DNA of 63,722 nucleotides, filler included, from Octopus bimaculoides (taxonomy: Eukaryota): assembly GCF_001194135.2 (NCBI RefSeq). It is 4 parts of 4 records of this genome, joined end to end, with 100 filler letters (N's around TTAATTAATTAA, not from the genome) between each part and the next. Parts side by side here need not be neighbours in the genome. Positions count along the whole stretch, not along the records: positions 1 to 25,638 come from NC_068997.1; positions 25,739 to 49,167 come from NC_068984.1; 2 more parts are not named here. The stretch is one strand, 5' to 3'. The position numbers were made by a program, and so were the translations under genes. The notes under the pieces were generated by a model, which was given only the letters and a program-made list of their open reading frames with translations, did not search any database and was not told the origin of the DNA. Of the stretch, positions 14,452 through 26,833 are shown piece by piece. The number at the start of each line of letters is the position of its first letter. Position 1 is the stretch's first letter.

Positions 14452-15278
14452 AATGTCATCATCATCATTATCATCATCATCTTTAGCAGCAGCAGAAGCA
14501 GCAGCAGAAGCAGCAGCAGAAGCAGCAGCAGTGTCTCTTTTGCTCAAAGTTTGTTTACAGCAGTTACCATGGTTATCAGCTAAACACATCAATCAAGAGA
14601 AATGATACAGCTGAAACATGCTACATAAAACGTGTGTGTGTGTGTGCGTGTATATATGCACGCGTGTGTGTGTGTATGCATACGTGTGGGTGTGTGTATA
14701 TGCATGTGTGTGTATATGTGAATGTGCATGTGTATGTGCATGTGGGTGTGTGTATGTGCATGTGGGTGTGTGTATATGCATACGTTGGAGTGTGTATATG
14801 CATACGTGTGTGTGGGGGGTGTTTCTATCAGATTAAACATAAGAAATAGTGAGATAATTGAATTAAACAGGAAACAATGTAACAAGTAAAATAGACAAGA
14901 TTTTTGCCTTTCTTTTCTTCTTTGTTTATTTTATAAATGTGTGCATGTGCATGCACACACATATGTGTGTGTGTTTCTATATGCATGTGTCTCTGTATTT
15001 TTGTTACACTTGTCCCATACAAATCTTGATGACCAATCATGGTTTGTTTGAGCCCAAATAAAGATGGTGTAATCATATCCAGGTTGCTTTTGATCATAAA
15101 TATGATCGATCAGGGTTGACCTGGGGTTAAAGAACAACAACCACAACAACAATAATTACAACCATTGTTATTGTGATAACTTAACAAAGTTTTTGTTAAT
15201 TGCATTACTCTTTCCTATTCATTTCTGGTCACAGATGGCAGCACTTTAGCATGATGACCAGTAAAAGAGCAATTCACT

Positions 15279-15630
15279 TCTGTTCTGAGGTCGACTTTGC
15301 CTTTCATCCTTTCAGGGTTGATAAATTAAGTACCAGTTACATACTGGGGTCGATCTAATCGACTGGCTCCCTCACCCAAAATGTCGGGCCTTGTCCCTTG
15401 AGTAGAAAAAAACATTAAACTGTCTTAAAGCGGCGAGCTGGCAGAAACGTTAGCACACTGGGTGAAATGCTTAGAGGTATTTCGTCTGTCTTCATTCTCT
15501 GAATTCAAAATTCTTCCCTTGCATCCTTTTGGGGTCGGTAGATTCAGTACCAGTTGCATACTGGGGTCGATCTAATCGACTGGCCCCCTCCTTAAAAACT
15601 GTGGGCCTTGTGCCTAGAGTAGAAAGGAAT
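15279..15630 (+). mobile_element. Two tandem SINE family A copies (partial 15279-15410; near full 15429-15630)
   Basis: gaggtcgactttgcctttcatcc and gcggcgagctggcagaaacgttagcac motifs; the second copy is re-duplicated at 15784-15985. Confidence 0.8.
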
Positions 15631-16146
15631 TCACTTTCGTTTCCATATTTTTTTTGTATATTTTTTGTCAAGAAAGAAGGATGGACCCCTGACCTCTAAA
15701 CCCAGTAATTTTCAACCAGTTTTTTTTCTATGGNNNNNNNNNNCCTTGTCCCTTGAGTAGAAAAAAACATTAAACTGTCTTAAAGCGGCGAGCTGGCAGA
15801 AACGTTAGCACACTGGGTGAAATGCTTAGAGGTATTTCGTCTGTCTTCATTCTCTGAATTCAAAATTCTTCCCTTGCATCCTTTTGGGGTCGGTAGATTC
15901 AGTACCAGTTGCATACTGGGGTCGATCTAATCGACTGGCCCCCTCCTTAAAAACTGTGGGCCTTGTGCCTAGAGTAGAAAGGAATTCACTTTCGTTTCCA
16001 TATTTTTTTTGTATATTTTTTGTCAAGAAAGAAGGATGGACCCCTGACCTCTAAACCCAGTAATTTTCAACCAGTTTTTTTTCTATGGACCCCTTTGATT
16101 CTTATTTTACAATTAGACATTATTAGGAGTTCTTTTATTCTTTTAT

Positions 16147-16372
16147 TTGTTTCAGTCAGTTGACTGCGGCCATGCTGGAGCACTGCCTTTAATCAAACAA
16201 ATTGAACCCCAAGACTTATTTTTTGTAAGCCTAATACTTATTCTATTGGTGTCTTTTTGCTGAACCACTAAGATATGGGGATTAAACACACCAACATCAG
16301 TGTCAAGTGATGATGTTTGTGTGTGTGTGTGTGTGGGGGGAACAAACACAGACACACAAATACATACTTACA
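16147..16372 (+). mobile_element. SINE family C (CpG-decayed)
   Basis: Homologous to 63455-63660. Confidence 0.8.
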
Positions 16373-16904
16373 TACATACATACATATATATGTGTGTATT
16401 TCATTGTCATCGTTTAAGGTCCGCTTTCCATGCTAGCATGGGTTGGACGATTTGACTGAGGACTGGTGAACCAGGCGGCTACACCAGGCTCCAATCTGAT
16501 TTGGCAGAGTTTCTACAGCTGGATGCCCTTCCTAACGCCAACCACTCTATATATATAGAGAGAGAGAGGGAGAGAGAGATACATCATCATCATCATCATC
16601 ATCATCGTTTAACATCCGCTTTCCATGCTNNNNNNNNNNGCCAGTCCAGGGGCACTGGCAACGATCTCACTCGAAAATCCTACGGGAGCCAGTCAGGCGG
16701 TACTGACAACGGCCACGCTCAAAATGGTGCATCTCATGTGCCACCCGCACAAGAGCCAGTCCAGGGGCACTGGCAACGATCTTACTTGGCTTGCCGGGTC
16801 TTCTCACGCACAGCACATTTCCAAAGGTCTCGGTCAGTAGTCATCGCCTCGGTGATATATAAATATATGTATGTATGTATGTGTGTGTGTTTGTGTGTGT
16901 GTAG

Positions 16905-17060
16905 GACATGTTTTCCAGTTTCTGTCCACCAAATCCAATCACAAGACTTTGGTTGGAGCAGGTCTATAGCAGATGACACTTGCCCATGGTGCCATGCAGT
17001 GGGATTGAACCCAAGAACCGTTCAGTCAAGAGGAAAATTTCTTACCACACAACCATGCCT
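16905..17060 (-). mobile_element. SINE family B (CpG-decayed)
   Basis: Homologous to 62490-62655. Confidence 0.7.
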
Positions 17061-17794
17061 AAGTCGATTCCATCACAAATACTTCACCACAGATATCTTT
17101 CCATACTGAAGACAATAGGATAGAATTTGAGGTTGCAACTTATTTCTTCTAGGCCAAGCAACTGTATAAAGCAGGACTGTAAAAATGGTAAAAAATCTTC
17201 GAGTCACATGCAGTCTTTGTGAATCTTAAGCACAACCTTCTGGATTTTGCATTAAAATATATATTGTTTGATTACAGGTTATTATATTTATTCATGTTCT
17301 CTTAAAATTCTTAAAAATCATTAAAAATGTCAGTTTACAATTTTATCTCTTACTTTAATATTTATAATATATAATATATAATTACATTTTTCCCAATAAA
17401 TATAATTATATTTTCACAATAAATTTAATTACATTTTTCTGTATATTTAATAATATTGCATTTAACATCACCTTTTTAGTTTATACTTAATTCAATAATG
17501 CTGCCTTCAGCAAAAAAAAAAAACGCAAAATGGTAAAAAGTAGTCACCTACTCCTGGTGTAATGCTTCCATCATTGACTCGTAGACATGAGTCCAGTTTT
17601 TAATCATTTTTAACCTGCCTGATTATCACACCTGGTTCTATGACACAAATTCCATGTTTTTAAATGATTTATATTAAAGCCTTTCATCAGAAATTCATGT
17701 TGTGTTCCAAGTACCAGCTTAATAATGGTTTCAAATTTTGGCACATGGTCTACAAGTGTTGGAACACACACACACACACACACACACACGTTTA

Positions 17795-17925
17795 ATTACT
17801 CTTTTACTCTTTTACTTGTTTCAGTCATTTGACTGTGGCCATGCTGGAGCACCTCCTTTAGTCAAGCTAATCAACCCCAGGACTTATTCTTTGGAAGCCT
17901 AGTACTTATTCTATCGGTCTCTTTT
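17795..17925 (+). mobile_element. SINE family C, 5' part
   Basis: ttgtttcagtcatttgactgtggccatgctggagcac..ggacttattctttggaagcctagtac. Confidence 0.8.
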
Positions 17926-19506
17926 TGGAAATGAACCCAGAACCATGTGGTGGGTAAGCAAGCTACTTACAATACAGCCATTTCTGCAATATTTTTAAAG
18001 CATTGAATTGCAATGGGAATAAAAGGGGTCCATAGACAAAATATGGCTAAGAATCACTGCTGTAGATTCCCTCTGCTCCTTTGGTTTAATGTTAGACTGT
18101 CCTTCCAGGAGGCACCTATGAAGTAATTTCTTTTAAATTTTTAAGAAGTTGCTCAGATGCAGAAGAAGCTATAGATCATAACTTATAAAAACAGCAGGCA
18201 AAAAAAATTCTGACATATTATGAGCTATTATCTATATGTATTTCGATATTTCATAATTGATCCACTTTCAGTTCGGTTCACAATCTGATAAATTGAAAAT
18301 CACATTTGAAAACCTTGGAATACTTTTACCCTTACAACAAATATACTGATTTCGAAATTGCTAACTTTATTGACTCACATATCACAATGCAGCAGCAAAA
18401 TTTGAAAACAAAATTATGAATATAACAATTTAGCACCTTAAACTTTGAATGATGCGATACTTCTCCGTGTGACCATATGAACATCACAGTTATGATTAAA
18501 ACTGTTGAAAGAATTGTCAGTAAAATAAGAATTAAGGAAGCCATTTTCATCCTAAATCCCCTTGAAGCAGAGCTTATGAATTGCTCTGAGCTGCAGTGGC
18601 TCCTTTCGTTGGTAAGCTTTGAACTTTGTGTACAATTGGTGTATATCATCGTGGTTATATTTTGTGTTGTCAGTTATTACAGCTTATTTCACTATCATAT
18701 TGTGGCTAATGTATACGAAGACAATTTACTTTATTTCTTTGACAGCATTATTTTGGATTTTAACTCCATAATATATCTCCTTATATTCATTAAGCACTGC
18801 TTCAAGCAAATTGCCATATTTTATTCTCCTCATTACATCCAAACCAGGATAATTTTACCATCACAAGGGATTTAATACGTGGAGAGAAAATTGAATGTCT
18901 GCTGAAATTTTTAAAATATTTACTGTCAAGTATACTGTTATTCCAAAAACATGTACCTGTCTTGTAGAAGAACATTTAGACCTTGTATCAAAGAGTGGGG
19001 CCTCTACATTACTGTTTCTCAATCAGAGTTCATATGGCCCTCTGGGTTCTATACAGCCCTTTGGGGTCTTTATAAAAGTTTCCTGTTAAGGTTTATGTGC
19101 AATTAAATGCTTATAATTCTACAGTACACAAAATATTTGACAATTTTTTTTTATTCAATTCTTAATATTTAATTATAAAAATTATTGAATTTTTTAAGCA
19201 TCAAATGAATGTGAGAGTCCTTCTGAATAAAACAGGAATTGAAGGGGTCCCTAGGTAAAAAAAATGGTTCAGAACAACGGCACTACATAGAAAATAATTG
19301 CTAAATTTCCTTCAATCACAACCTTATAAAAATATTAAGGACATATTGAATGATTGAAACAGGACCAAGATCTTTGGTATCATGTTGTGCTTGAGAAGAA
19401 GACCCATCAAGCCAAGCAAAATCAGGCGTGGCAGATACCGGTGTCACGCATATGGCGCTTGTGCTGGTGGCATGTGAAAGCACCCATTACACTCTTGGAG
19501 TGGTTG

Positions 19507-19600
19507 GAGATAGCAGTGGGTGGAGAGCAAGGAGGTAGCAGGTGGAGAATAAGGAGTTAGCAGCGGATGGAGAGCAAGGAGATAGCAGCGGGTGGAGAGC
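19507..19600. repeat. 22-25 bp minisatellite
   Basis: gatagcagcgggtggagagcaagga, ~4 copies running into a gap. Confidence 0.8.
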
Positions 19601-19700
19601 NNNNNNNNNNNNNNNNNNNNNNNNNNNNNNNNNNNNNNNNNNNNNNNNNNNNNNNNNNNNNNNNNNNNNNNNNNNNNNNNNNNNNNNNNNNNNNNNNNNN

Positions 19701-20805
19701 CGTTAGTTTCCACTTTCCGTTAGTTTCCGTCAATTTCCGTTAGTTTCCACCCTTCCGTCAATTTCTGTTACTTTCCTTTAGTTTACGTCAATTTCCGTTA
19801 CTTTCCGTTAGTTTCCGTCAATTTCCGTTACGTTCCTTTAGTTTACGTTAATTTCCGTTAGTTTCCGTCAATTTCCGTTAGATTCCGTTAGTTTCCACTT
19901 TCCTTTAGTTTACGTCAATTTCCATTAGATTCCGTTAGTTTCCAATTTCCGTTACTTTCCTTTAGTTTACGTCAATTTCCGTTACTTTCCGTTAGTTTCC
20001 ACTTTCCGTTAGTTTCCGCTACTTTCCTTTAGTTTACGTCAATTTCCGTTACTTTCCGTTAGTTTCCAATTTCCGTCAATTTCCGTTAAGTTCCTTTAGT
20101 TTACGTTAATTCCCGTTAGTTTCCGTCAATTTCCGTTAGTTTCCGTCAATTTCCGTTAGTTTCCATCAATTTCCGTTAGTTTCCACTTTCTGTTAGTTTC
20201 CGTTAATTTCCGTTAGTTTCCACTTTCCGTTAGTTTCCGTTACTTTCCATTAGATTCCGTTAGTTTCCACTTTCCGTTAGTTTCCGTTGCTTTCCTTAGT
20301 TTACGTCAATTTCCGTTAGATTCCGTTAGTTTCCGTCAATTTCCGTTACTTTCCTTTAGTTTACGTTAATTTCCGCTATCCGTCAATTTCCGTTAGATTC
20401 AGTTAGTTTCCACTTTCCGTTACTTTCCTTTAGTTTACGTCAATTTCCGCTACTTTCCTTTAGTTTCCGTCAATTTCCGGTAGTTTCCGTCAATTTCCGT
20501 TAGTTTCCACTTTCCGTTAGTTTCCGTTACTTTCCTTAGTTTACGTCAATTTCCGTTAGATTCCGTTAGTTTCCGTCAATTTCCGTTACTTTCCTTTAGT
20601 TTACGTTAATTTCCGCTATCCGTCAATTTCCGTTAGATTCAGTTAGTTTCCACTTTCCGTTACTTTCCTTTAGTTTACGTCAATTTCCGCTACTTTCCTT
20701 TAGTTTCCGTCAATTTCCGGTAGTTTCCGTCAATTTCCGTTAGTTTCCACTTTCCGTTAGTTTCCGTTACTTTCCTTAGTTTACGTCAATTTCCGTTAGA
20801 TTCCG
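19701..20805. repeat. ~10-bp satellite (TTCCGTTAGT variants) with a 240-bp higher-order repeat
   Basis: Monomers ttccgttagt, ttccgtcaat, ttccgttact, ttcctttagt, ttacgtcaat. Lines starting at 20341-20521 recur identically 240 bp later. Bounded by N gaps. Confidence 0.95.
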
Positions 20806-21534
20806 NNNNNNNNNNNNNNNNNNNNNNNNNNNNNNNNNNNNNNNNNNNNNNNNNNNNNNNNNNNNNNNNNNNNNNNNNNNNNNNNNNNNNNNNNNNNNNN
20901 NNNNNNNNNNNNNNNNNNNNNNNNNNNNNNNNNNNNNNNNNNNNNNNNNNNNNNNNNNNNNNNNNNNNNNNNNNNNNNNNNNNNNNNNNNNNNNNNNNNN
21001 NNNNNNNNNNNNNNNNNNNNNNNNNNNNNNNNNNNNNNNNNNNNNNNNNNNNNNNNNNNNNNNNNNNNNNNNNNNNNNNNNNNNNNNNNNNNNNNNNNNN
21101 NNNNNNNNNNNNNNNNNNNNNNNNNNNNNNNNNNNNNNNNNNNNNNNNNNNNNNNNNNNNNNNNNNNNNNNNNNNNNNNNNNNNNNNNNNNNNNNNNNNN
21201 NNNNNTGTTGGTACCATTATATTAACATCTCTCATGATATCCATCCTAATTACCATGTTTTCTGCCATGCAAATTGATAAAGTACATAGTGTAGGCATTC
21301 AAACATCGTCACTACCTTTCCAAATCCTGCTACCTTATCGCATGAAATTTTTAGTCCTCCATATTTGTCTTGGTGTATAAAATGACCCACCGTTTTGGGC
21401 TGCAAATTTTGTTGGAAAATTTTCACTTGTCTGTTGGGATACATGATATTTTAACCCTTTGGTATTCAGATTACTCTGTCAAAAATAATTATTTCTACTA
21501 TAGGCACAAGGCCTGAAAATTTGGGGGGAGGTAA

Positions 21535-21697
21535 TAATCGATTACATTGGTCCCAGTGTTTCACTGGTTGTTAATTTATTGACCCTGAGAGGATGAAAAC
21601 AAAGTCAACCTCGGCAAAATTTGAACACAGAACATAAGGACAGACGAAATACTACTAAACGTTTTGCTTGGTGGGTTAACGATTCTGCCAGCTCACC
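21535..21697 (-). mobile_element. SINE family A
   Basis: Reverse complement of the family A core. Confidence 0.75.
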
Positions 21698-21754
21698 AAC
21701 TTCTCTTATGATACATTTACACATGCATGCATACAGACATACACCTGCCTACAT

Positions 21755-21939
21755 GTGAATGTCATCTCTGTCCTCTCTTTCACTTTATCTAGTTTCTCTC
21801 TGTGTCTTGCTCTCACTCTCTCTTCCCTCTCTACTCTCTCTCTTTCACTTTATCTCAGTCTCTGTCTGTGTCTCACTATCTCTCCCTCAGCTCTCTCACT
21901 CTATTCTCTCTCCCTCTACTCTCTCTCTCTCTCACTCTA

Positions 21940-21970
<31 letters not shown>

Positions 21971-22370
21971 CCTACTCTCTCTCACAACTCTCTCTTGCTT
22001 TCACTCTATCACAATTTCTCTCTGTATGCTCTTTCTCTACTCTTTCTCTCTTTCACTCTCTTTCTCTCTACTCTCTCCTTCTACTCTCCCTCTCTACTAT
22101 CTCTCTCTACTTGCTCTCTCTACTCTTTCTCTCTCTCTTTCACTCTATCTCAATTTCTCTCTCTCTCTCTCTCTCTTTCACTCTATCTCAATTTGTCTCT
22201 CTCTCTCTCTCTTCACTCTCCCTTCCTCTCTCTTCATTCTCTCTTTTCCTGTCTCTCTCTCCCTCTTTCTCTCTCTATCTATCTCTCTCTCTCTCCATCT
22301 TCCTCACTCTGTCTGTCTTTCTGTCTCTCTCTCTCCCTCTCTCTCTCTCACACTCTCTCTCTCTCTCTCT
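21755..22370. repeat. Degenerate (CT)n polypyrimidine tract, ~620 bp
   Basis: Near-pure pyrimidine plus strand with recurring tctctttcactctatc.caatt. Confidence 0.9.
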
Positions 22371-22649
22371 CCACATATATGAATTTAGGTGTCCTGTTGT
22401 TTCTTCACTGTGACAAATTCAATTTCAAAGTGACAACAACCAAAAGAAAATAAATTCTACAGAAGTAATGACGACAACAACAACAACACCTACAACACCA
22501 ACAAGGGTAGCAACGACAGCATCAATAACAAGAACATTATATTTCATTCTCTTTGAGAGATTCCATGCAGAATTTGAATCAAATTTCTTCAGTTATTTCA
22601 TTTCTCATTTCAGACTGAACCAATCTGTTTTCAATCCCTGTGATTAACC

Positions 22650-22698
<49 letters not shown>

Positions 22699-23516
22699 AT
22701 TGCATGCATGTATGTATATGTGTGTGTATGAATGTAGGTATCCATCTTTTATTAGTTGTGTGAATGGTATCAGGTGTGAGTGGTGTGTATGTATGTATGC
22801 ATGTGTANNNNNNNNNNNNNNNNNNNNNNNNNNNNNNNNNNNNNNNNNNNNNNNNNNNNNNNNNNNNNNNNNNNNNNNNNNNNNNNNNNNNNNNNNNNNN
22901 NNNNNNNNNNNNNNNNNNNNNNNNNNNNNNNNNNNNNNNNNNNNNNNNNNNNNNNNNNNNNNNNNNNNNNNNNNNNNNNNNNNNNNNNNNNNNNNNNNNN
23001 NNNNNNNNNNNNNNATAACATTTTTGTGCATAAGATATTTTCATCCTGCCTTGGCTTTTAAAAAATTCAAACATCTATGACACTAACAGCTAAGAAACTA
23101 GTTCCTACCCCATCACCCAATGCAAAAACAATATCCACATACCAAAAAACACAAAAAAAGCTATCCGAAAGAGGAAAATAGAAACAAAAGAAATAAAAAT
23201 ATAAATATAAATTCAGAATTTTTCATTTTATTAAGTCATCTATTATTATTATTTATTGTTGTTGTTGTTGCTGCTGTTGTTGTTATTGTTTTATCATTTT
23301 CGTACGCTGGAATGGTTAATAAAGTTCCATAAGAAAGATAAAAGGAAAGAACAGAGCGTTGACAATATTTTTGTCTTTGAGAAATCTATTTTGGCTTGCT
23401 TGGAAATAATAATATATAAGATGATGAAACAAACAATAAATATATTATAATATAATAATAATATAATATGATATGTTATTAATAACATAAAAACAAAAGC
23501 AACGTGGGAGGAACAT

Positions 23517-23547
<31 letters not shown>

Positions 23548-24344
23548 TACTTACAAAAGTTATAAAAATGAAACAGAAAATAATGTAAATAAAAAATATT
23601 ATTGTGAAGAAAAAGAGCAATGACAAAGCAGAGGATAGGACAAAATATTAATAAAAGGACAGCCTGTTGTCTCATCATCCAGCTCCCTAATTTTCTAAAT
23701 CTAAATCTAAGAATATTCTGATTAAGGAGAGGGGAGAAAGGGGGTAGAGGGAGAGAGGGGGGGGAAGAGGAGTTAGTGAAGAAAAGTGGAAAAGAAGAGA
23801 AAACTATTTCGTGACAGAAAAAAAAATTTTAATATTTTAAACGAATCTAAATATGAAAGATATGAAATGTATTAACGAAGAAATGAGAAATTTGTCGATT
23901 CATATTGCTTTTCATCATCGTCGTCCTCATCACTGTCGTCGTTGTCATCACCGTCGTCGTCATCATCATCATCGTCAATGTTGTTGTAGTCAACGTTCTC
24001 AACATCACCACCACCACCTCCACCACCCCTTTGATGACGAATCCAACCACCTTCATCGCCGTCATCATCATCATCTTCATCATTAATACAAGGTGGTTGG
24101 TGGAAGGTCTGATGACAAAGAAGAGCACATGTAAAAATACCTTTGTAGCATTTTGTTCAATCTGTTTTACATTTTCAGTTTCAAATCCCACCAGTTACCC
24201 ACTTTGCCTTTTTTTTTAACCTTCCATGGTTAAGATTGATGATGTGAATACCAGATATGCCCAAAGCTCAGTATATCCTCGATTCTTTCCTCCCAAGTGT
24301 CCATTCTAATGGTCAGTTGAAAATTTTACACAAATTAGATGGTC

Positions 24345-24480
24345 AAAGACAGTGAGCTGGTCGTATTGTGAGAGCACTGGCAAACAAATAACTTGTGGTA
24401 TTTATTCTAGATGTTTATGCACTAAGTTCAAGTTTGACTGAGGTCGACCTTGCTTTCATCCTTTTGGGATTAATTAAACA
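24345..24480 (+). mobile_element. SINE family A, decayed
   Basis: gaggtcgaccttgctttcatccttttggg. Confidence 0.6.
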
Positions 24481-25205
24481 AAATACTCATCAACTGTTTT
24501 AAGTTTCATACTTAATGACATTCTTACTGAAATGTGAAATTAATGACTGTAGACTACATTTGCATATATTAATAACTAATGAAATATTTTGGGTAATAAT
24601 ATAAGAGAAATGAGTTTTAAATTGTTTGGTGCGTGCTGCAGCGCCTCTTTTGATGTGTTCACTCCCTCTAACTTTAGAACCTGGATGCGCTTGTCGGTAG
24701 CTTTTGTCCATCCACACTGCCATGTATGAGGCCAGATGCTGTGACTATGGAGTATAACATAGCTGTGTGTATAACTGGACACAACGGCTACACACCATCA
24801 CATAGCTATGTATATAGCCAGACACCTTTGGTTACACATTGTCATATATCATCATCATTCCCACCACCATCCTCCTCATCTTCCTCATCATCATCGCCGC
24901 TGCTGCCACTTCCACCACCACCACCACCATCATCATCATTTAACGTCCATGGGATAGTTTGACCAGGGCTAGTGAGCTGCACCAGACTCCAGCCTGCTTT
25001 GGCATGGTTTCTACAGCTGGATGCCCTTCCTGATGCTAACCACTTCGAGAGTGCAATGGGTGCTTTTGCATGCATGCCAGTGACACGAGTGCCAGTTGTA
25101 TGACACCAGTATATTCCATGACTCCAATTTCTCTCGGCTTGATGGGTCTTCTTCTCAAACATGGCATATTGATTATAATTTCTTTTAGTTCAAGAAAGAT
25201 GGTTG

Positions 25206-25415
25206 CTCTTTTACTTGTTTCAGTCATTTGACTGGCCATGCTGGAGCACCACCTTTAGTTGAGCAACTCGACCCCAGGACTTATTCTTTGGAAGCCTAGT
25301 ACTTATTCTATCGGTCTCTTTTGCCGAACCGCTAGGTTATGGGCACGTAGACACACCAGCATTGGTCGTCAAGCAACATTGGGGGGACAAACACAGACAC
25401 ACAAACATATACACA
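25206..25415 (+). mobile_element. SINE family C; an inverted 5' fragment lies at 25574-25635
   Basis: Homologous to 63455-63660. Confidence 0.8.
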
Positions 25416-25443
25416 CACATACATAAATATATACATATATATG

Positions 25444-25573
25444 ACAGGTTTCTTTCAGTTTCCATCTACCAAATCCACTCACAAGGCTTTGGTCGGCCCG
25501 AGGCTATAGTAGAAGACACTTGCCCAAGGTGCCATGCAGTGGGAATGAACCCAGAACCATGTGGTTGGTAAGC
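25444..25573 (-). mobile_element. SINE family B
   Basis: Homologous to 62490-62655. Confidence 0.8.
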
Positions 25574-25638
25574 AAGGTGGTGCTCCAGCATGGCCGCAGT
25601 CAAATGACTGAAACAAGTAAAAGAGTAAAAGAGTAGTG

Positions 25639-25738
25639 NNNNNNNNNNNNNNNNNNNNNNNNNNNNNNNNNNNNNNNNNNNNTTAATTAATTAANNNNNN
25701 NNNNNNNNNNNNNNNNNNNNNNNNNNNNNNNNNNNNNN
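25639..25738. other. Artificial scaffold spacer N44-TTAATTAATTAA-N44 (also 49168-49267 and 60044-60143)
   Basis: Three identical 100-bp constructs; the 12-mer has stops in all six frames. Confidence 0.95.
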
Positions 25739-25930
25739 ATATATATACACTAATACATACATACATACATGCATGCATATATATATTATCTATATATATA
25801 CACTAATACATACATACATACATGCATGCATATATATATTATCTATATATATACACTAATACATACATACATACATGCATGCATATATATATATTATATA
25901 TATATATACACTAATACATGCATGCATGCA
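25739..25930. repeat. ~53-bp compound minisatellite
   Basis: atatatacactaatacatacatacatacatgcatgcatatatatattat, about 4 copies. Confidence 0.8.
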
Positions 25931-26606
25931 TATATATATATATATATATATGTGTGTGGATATAACGTTAATAGCTATTATGTATATATATAAATGAATA
26001 AGTGAGAAAACAGTTGAATGCCTGAGTAACATTGCTTCACATTTGACGCTTCGATGAAGCAAAAGGTGTTATTGCGGTACTCAACTAAGAGTCCACTTCA
26101 TCTATAGCAGAAACAGCTGTAAGGTAATGACGTTCATAAGATAATCGCTTATTATTTTATTTGTTTGTCATCTTATCATCTTATGTTATTATTACCGCCC
26201 TGTACTCGACTGCATGTTGAGTTCTGAAGCATATCTATGTTGAGTTCTACACCAGGTTATTAGTGACGAAATGCCTAAGCCATATATATATATATATAGA
26301 CATGTAGCAGGTTTGCTCACGGGCTTCTCATAGGTTCTATAAATAGACATTCACACCCGAAAAGGAATAAGTTTTCACTTAAAATCTGCATTATGTAAAT
26401 TGTATATGGAAGAGGGAAAGCATTTTTAACTATTTTTATTGTTTGTAAATGTTGAAAGTACAAATATTATTTTTGTTATTGTTAGATGACAAATATTTAT
26501 AATGTAAATATTTCGTAAGAATTTGTGAATAGTGAGCGAATCGATTGATTTGGTATGTATTGAGATAATGTGGTAAATACAAGTTGATGAACAAAACCAA
26601 ACACAC

Positions 26607-26660
<54 letters not shown>

Positions 26661-26683
26661 TATGTATAAGTATGTATGTTTGC

Positions 26684-26721
<38 letters not shown>

Positions 26722-26797
26722 NNNNNNNNNNNNNNNNNNNNNNNNNNNNNNNNNNNNNNNNNNNNNNNNNNNNNNNNNNNNNNNNNNNNNNNNNNNN

Positions 26798-26833
<36 letters not shown>

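Noticed and set aside
14260-14592. ORF MMCLADNHGNCCKQTLSKRDTAAASAAAS..DDDD
   Set aside because: Built from the (CAG)/(CAT) tail of a SINE and ends inside it.
15389-16088. Exact 345-bp tandem duplication (15389-15733 = 15744-16088)
   Set aside because: Identical copies flank a 10-N gap, the typical unmerged contig-overlap artefact.
165-20805. CRISPR-like appearance of the 23-bp and 10-bp arrays
   Set aside because: Eukaryotic context, no constant repeat with unique spacers and no cas genes.
21250-21444. ORF MYPNRQVKIF..
   Set aside because: Overlaps what looks like a CpG-decayed MITE end (gggtcattttatacacc..aaatatgg); no consistent splice frame.
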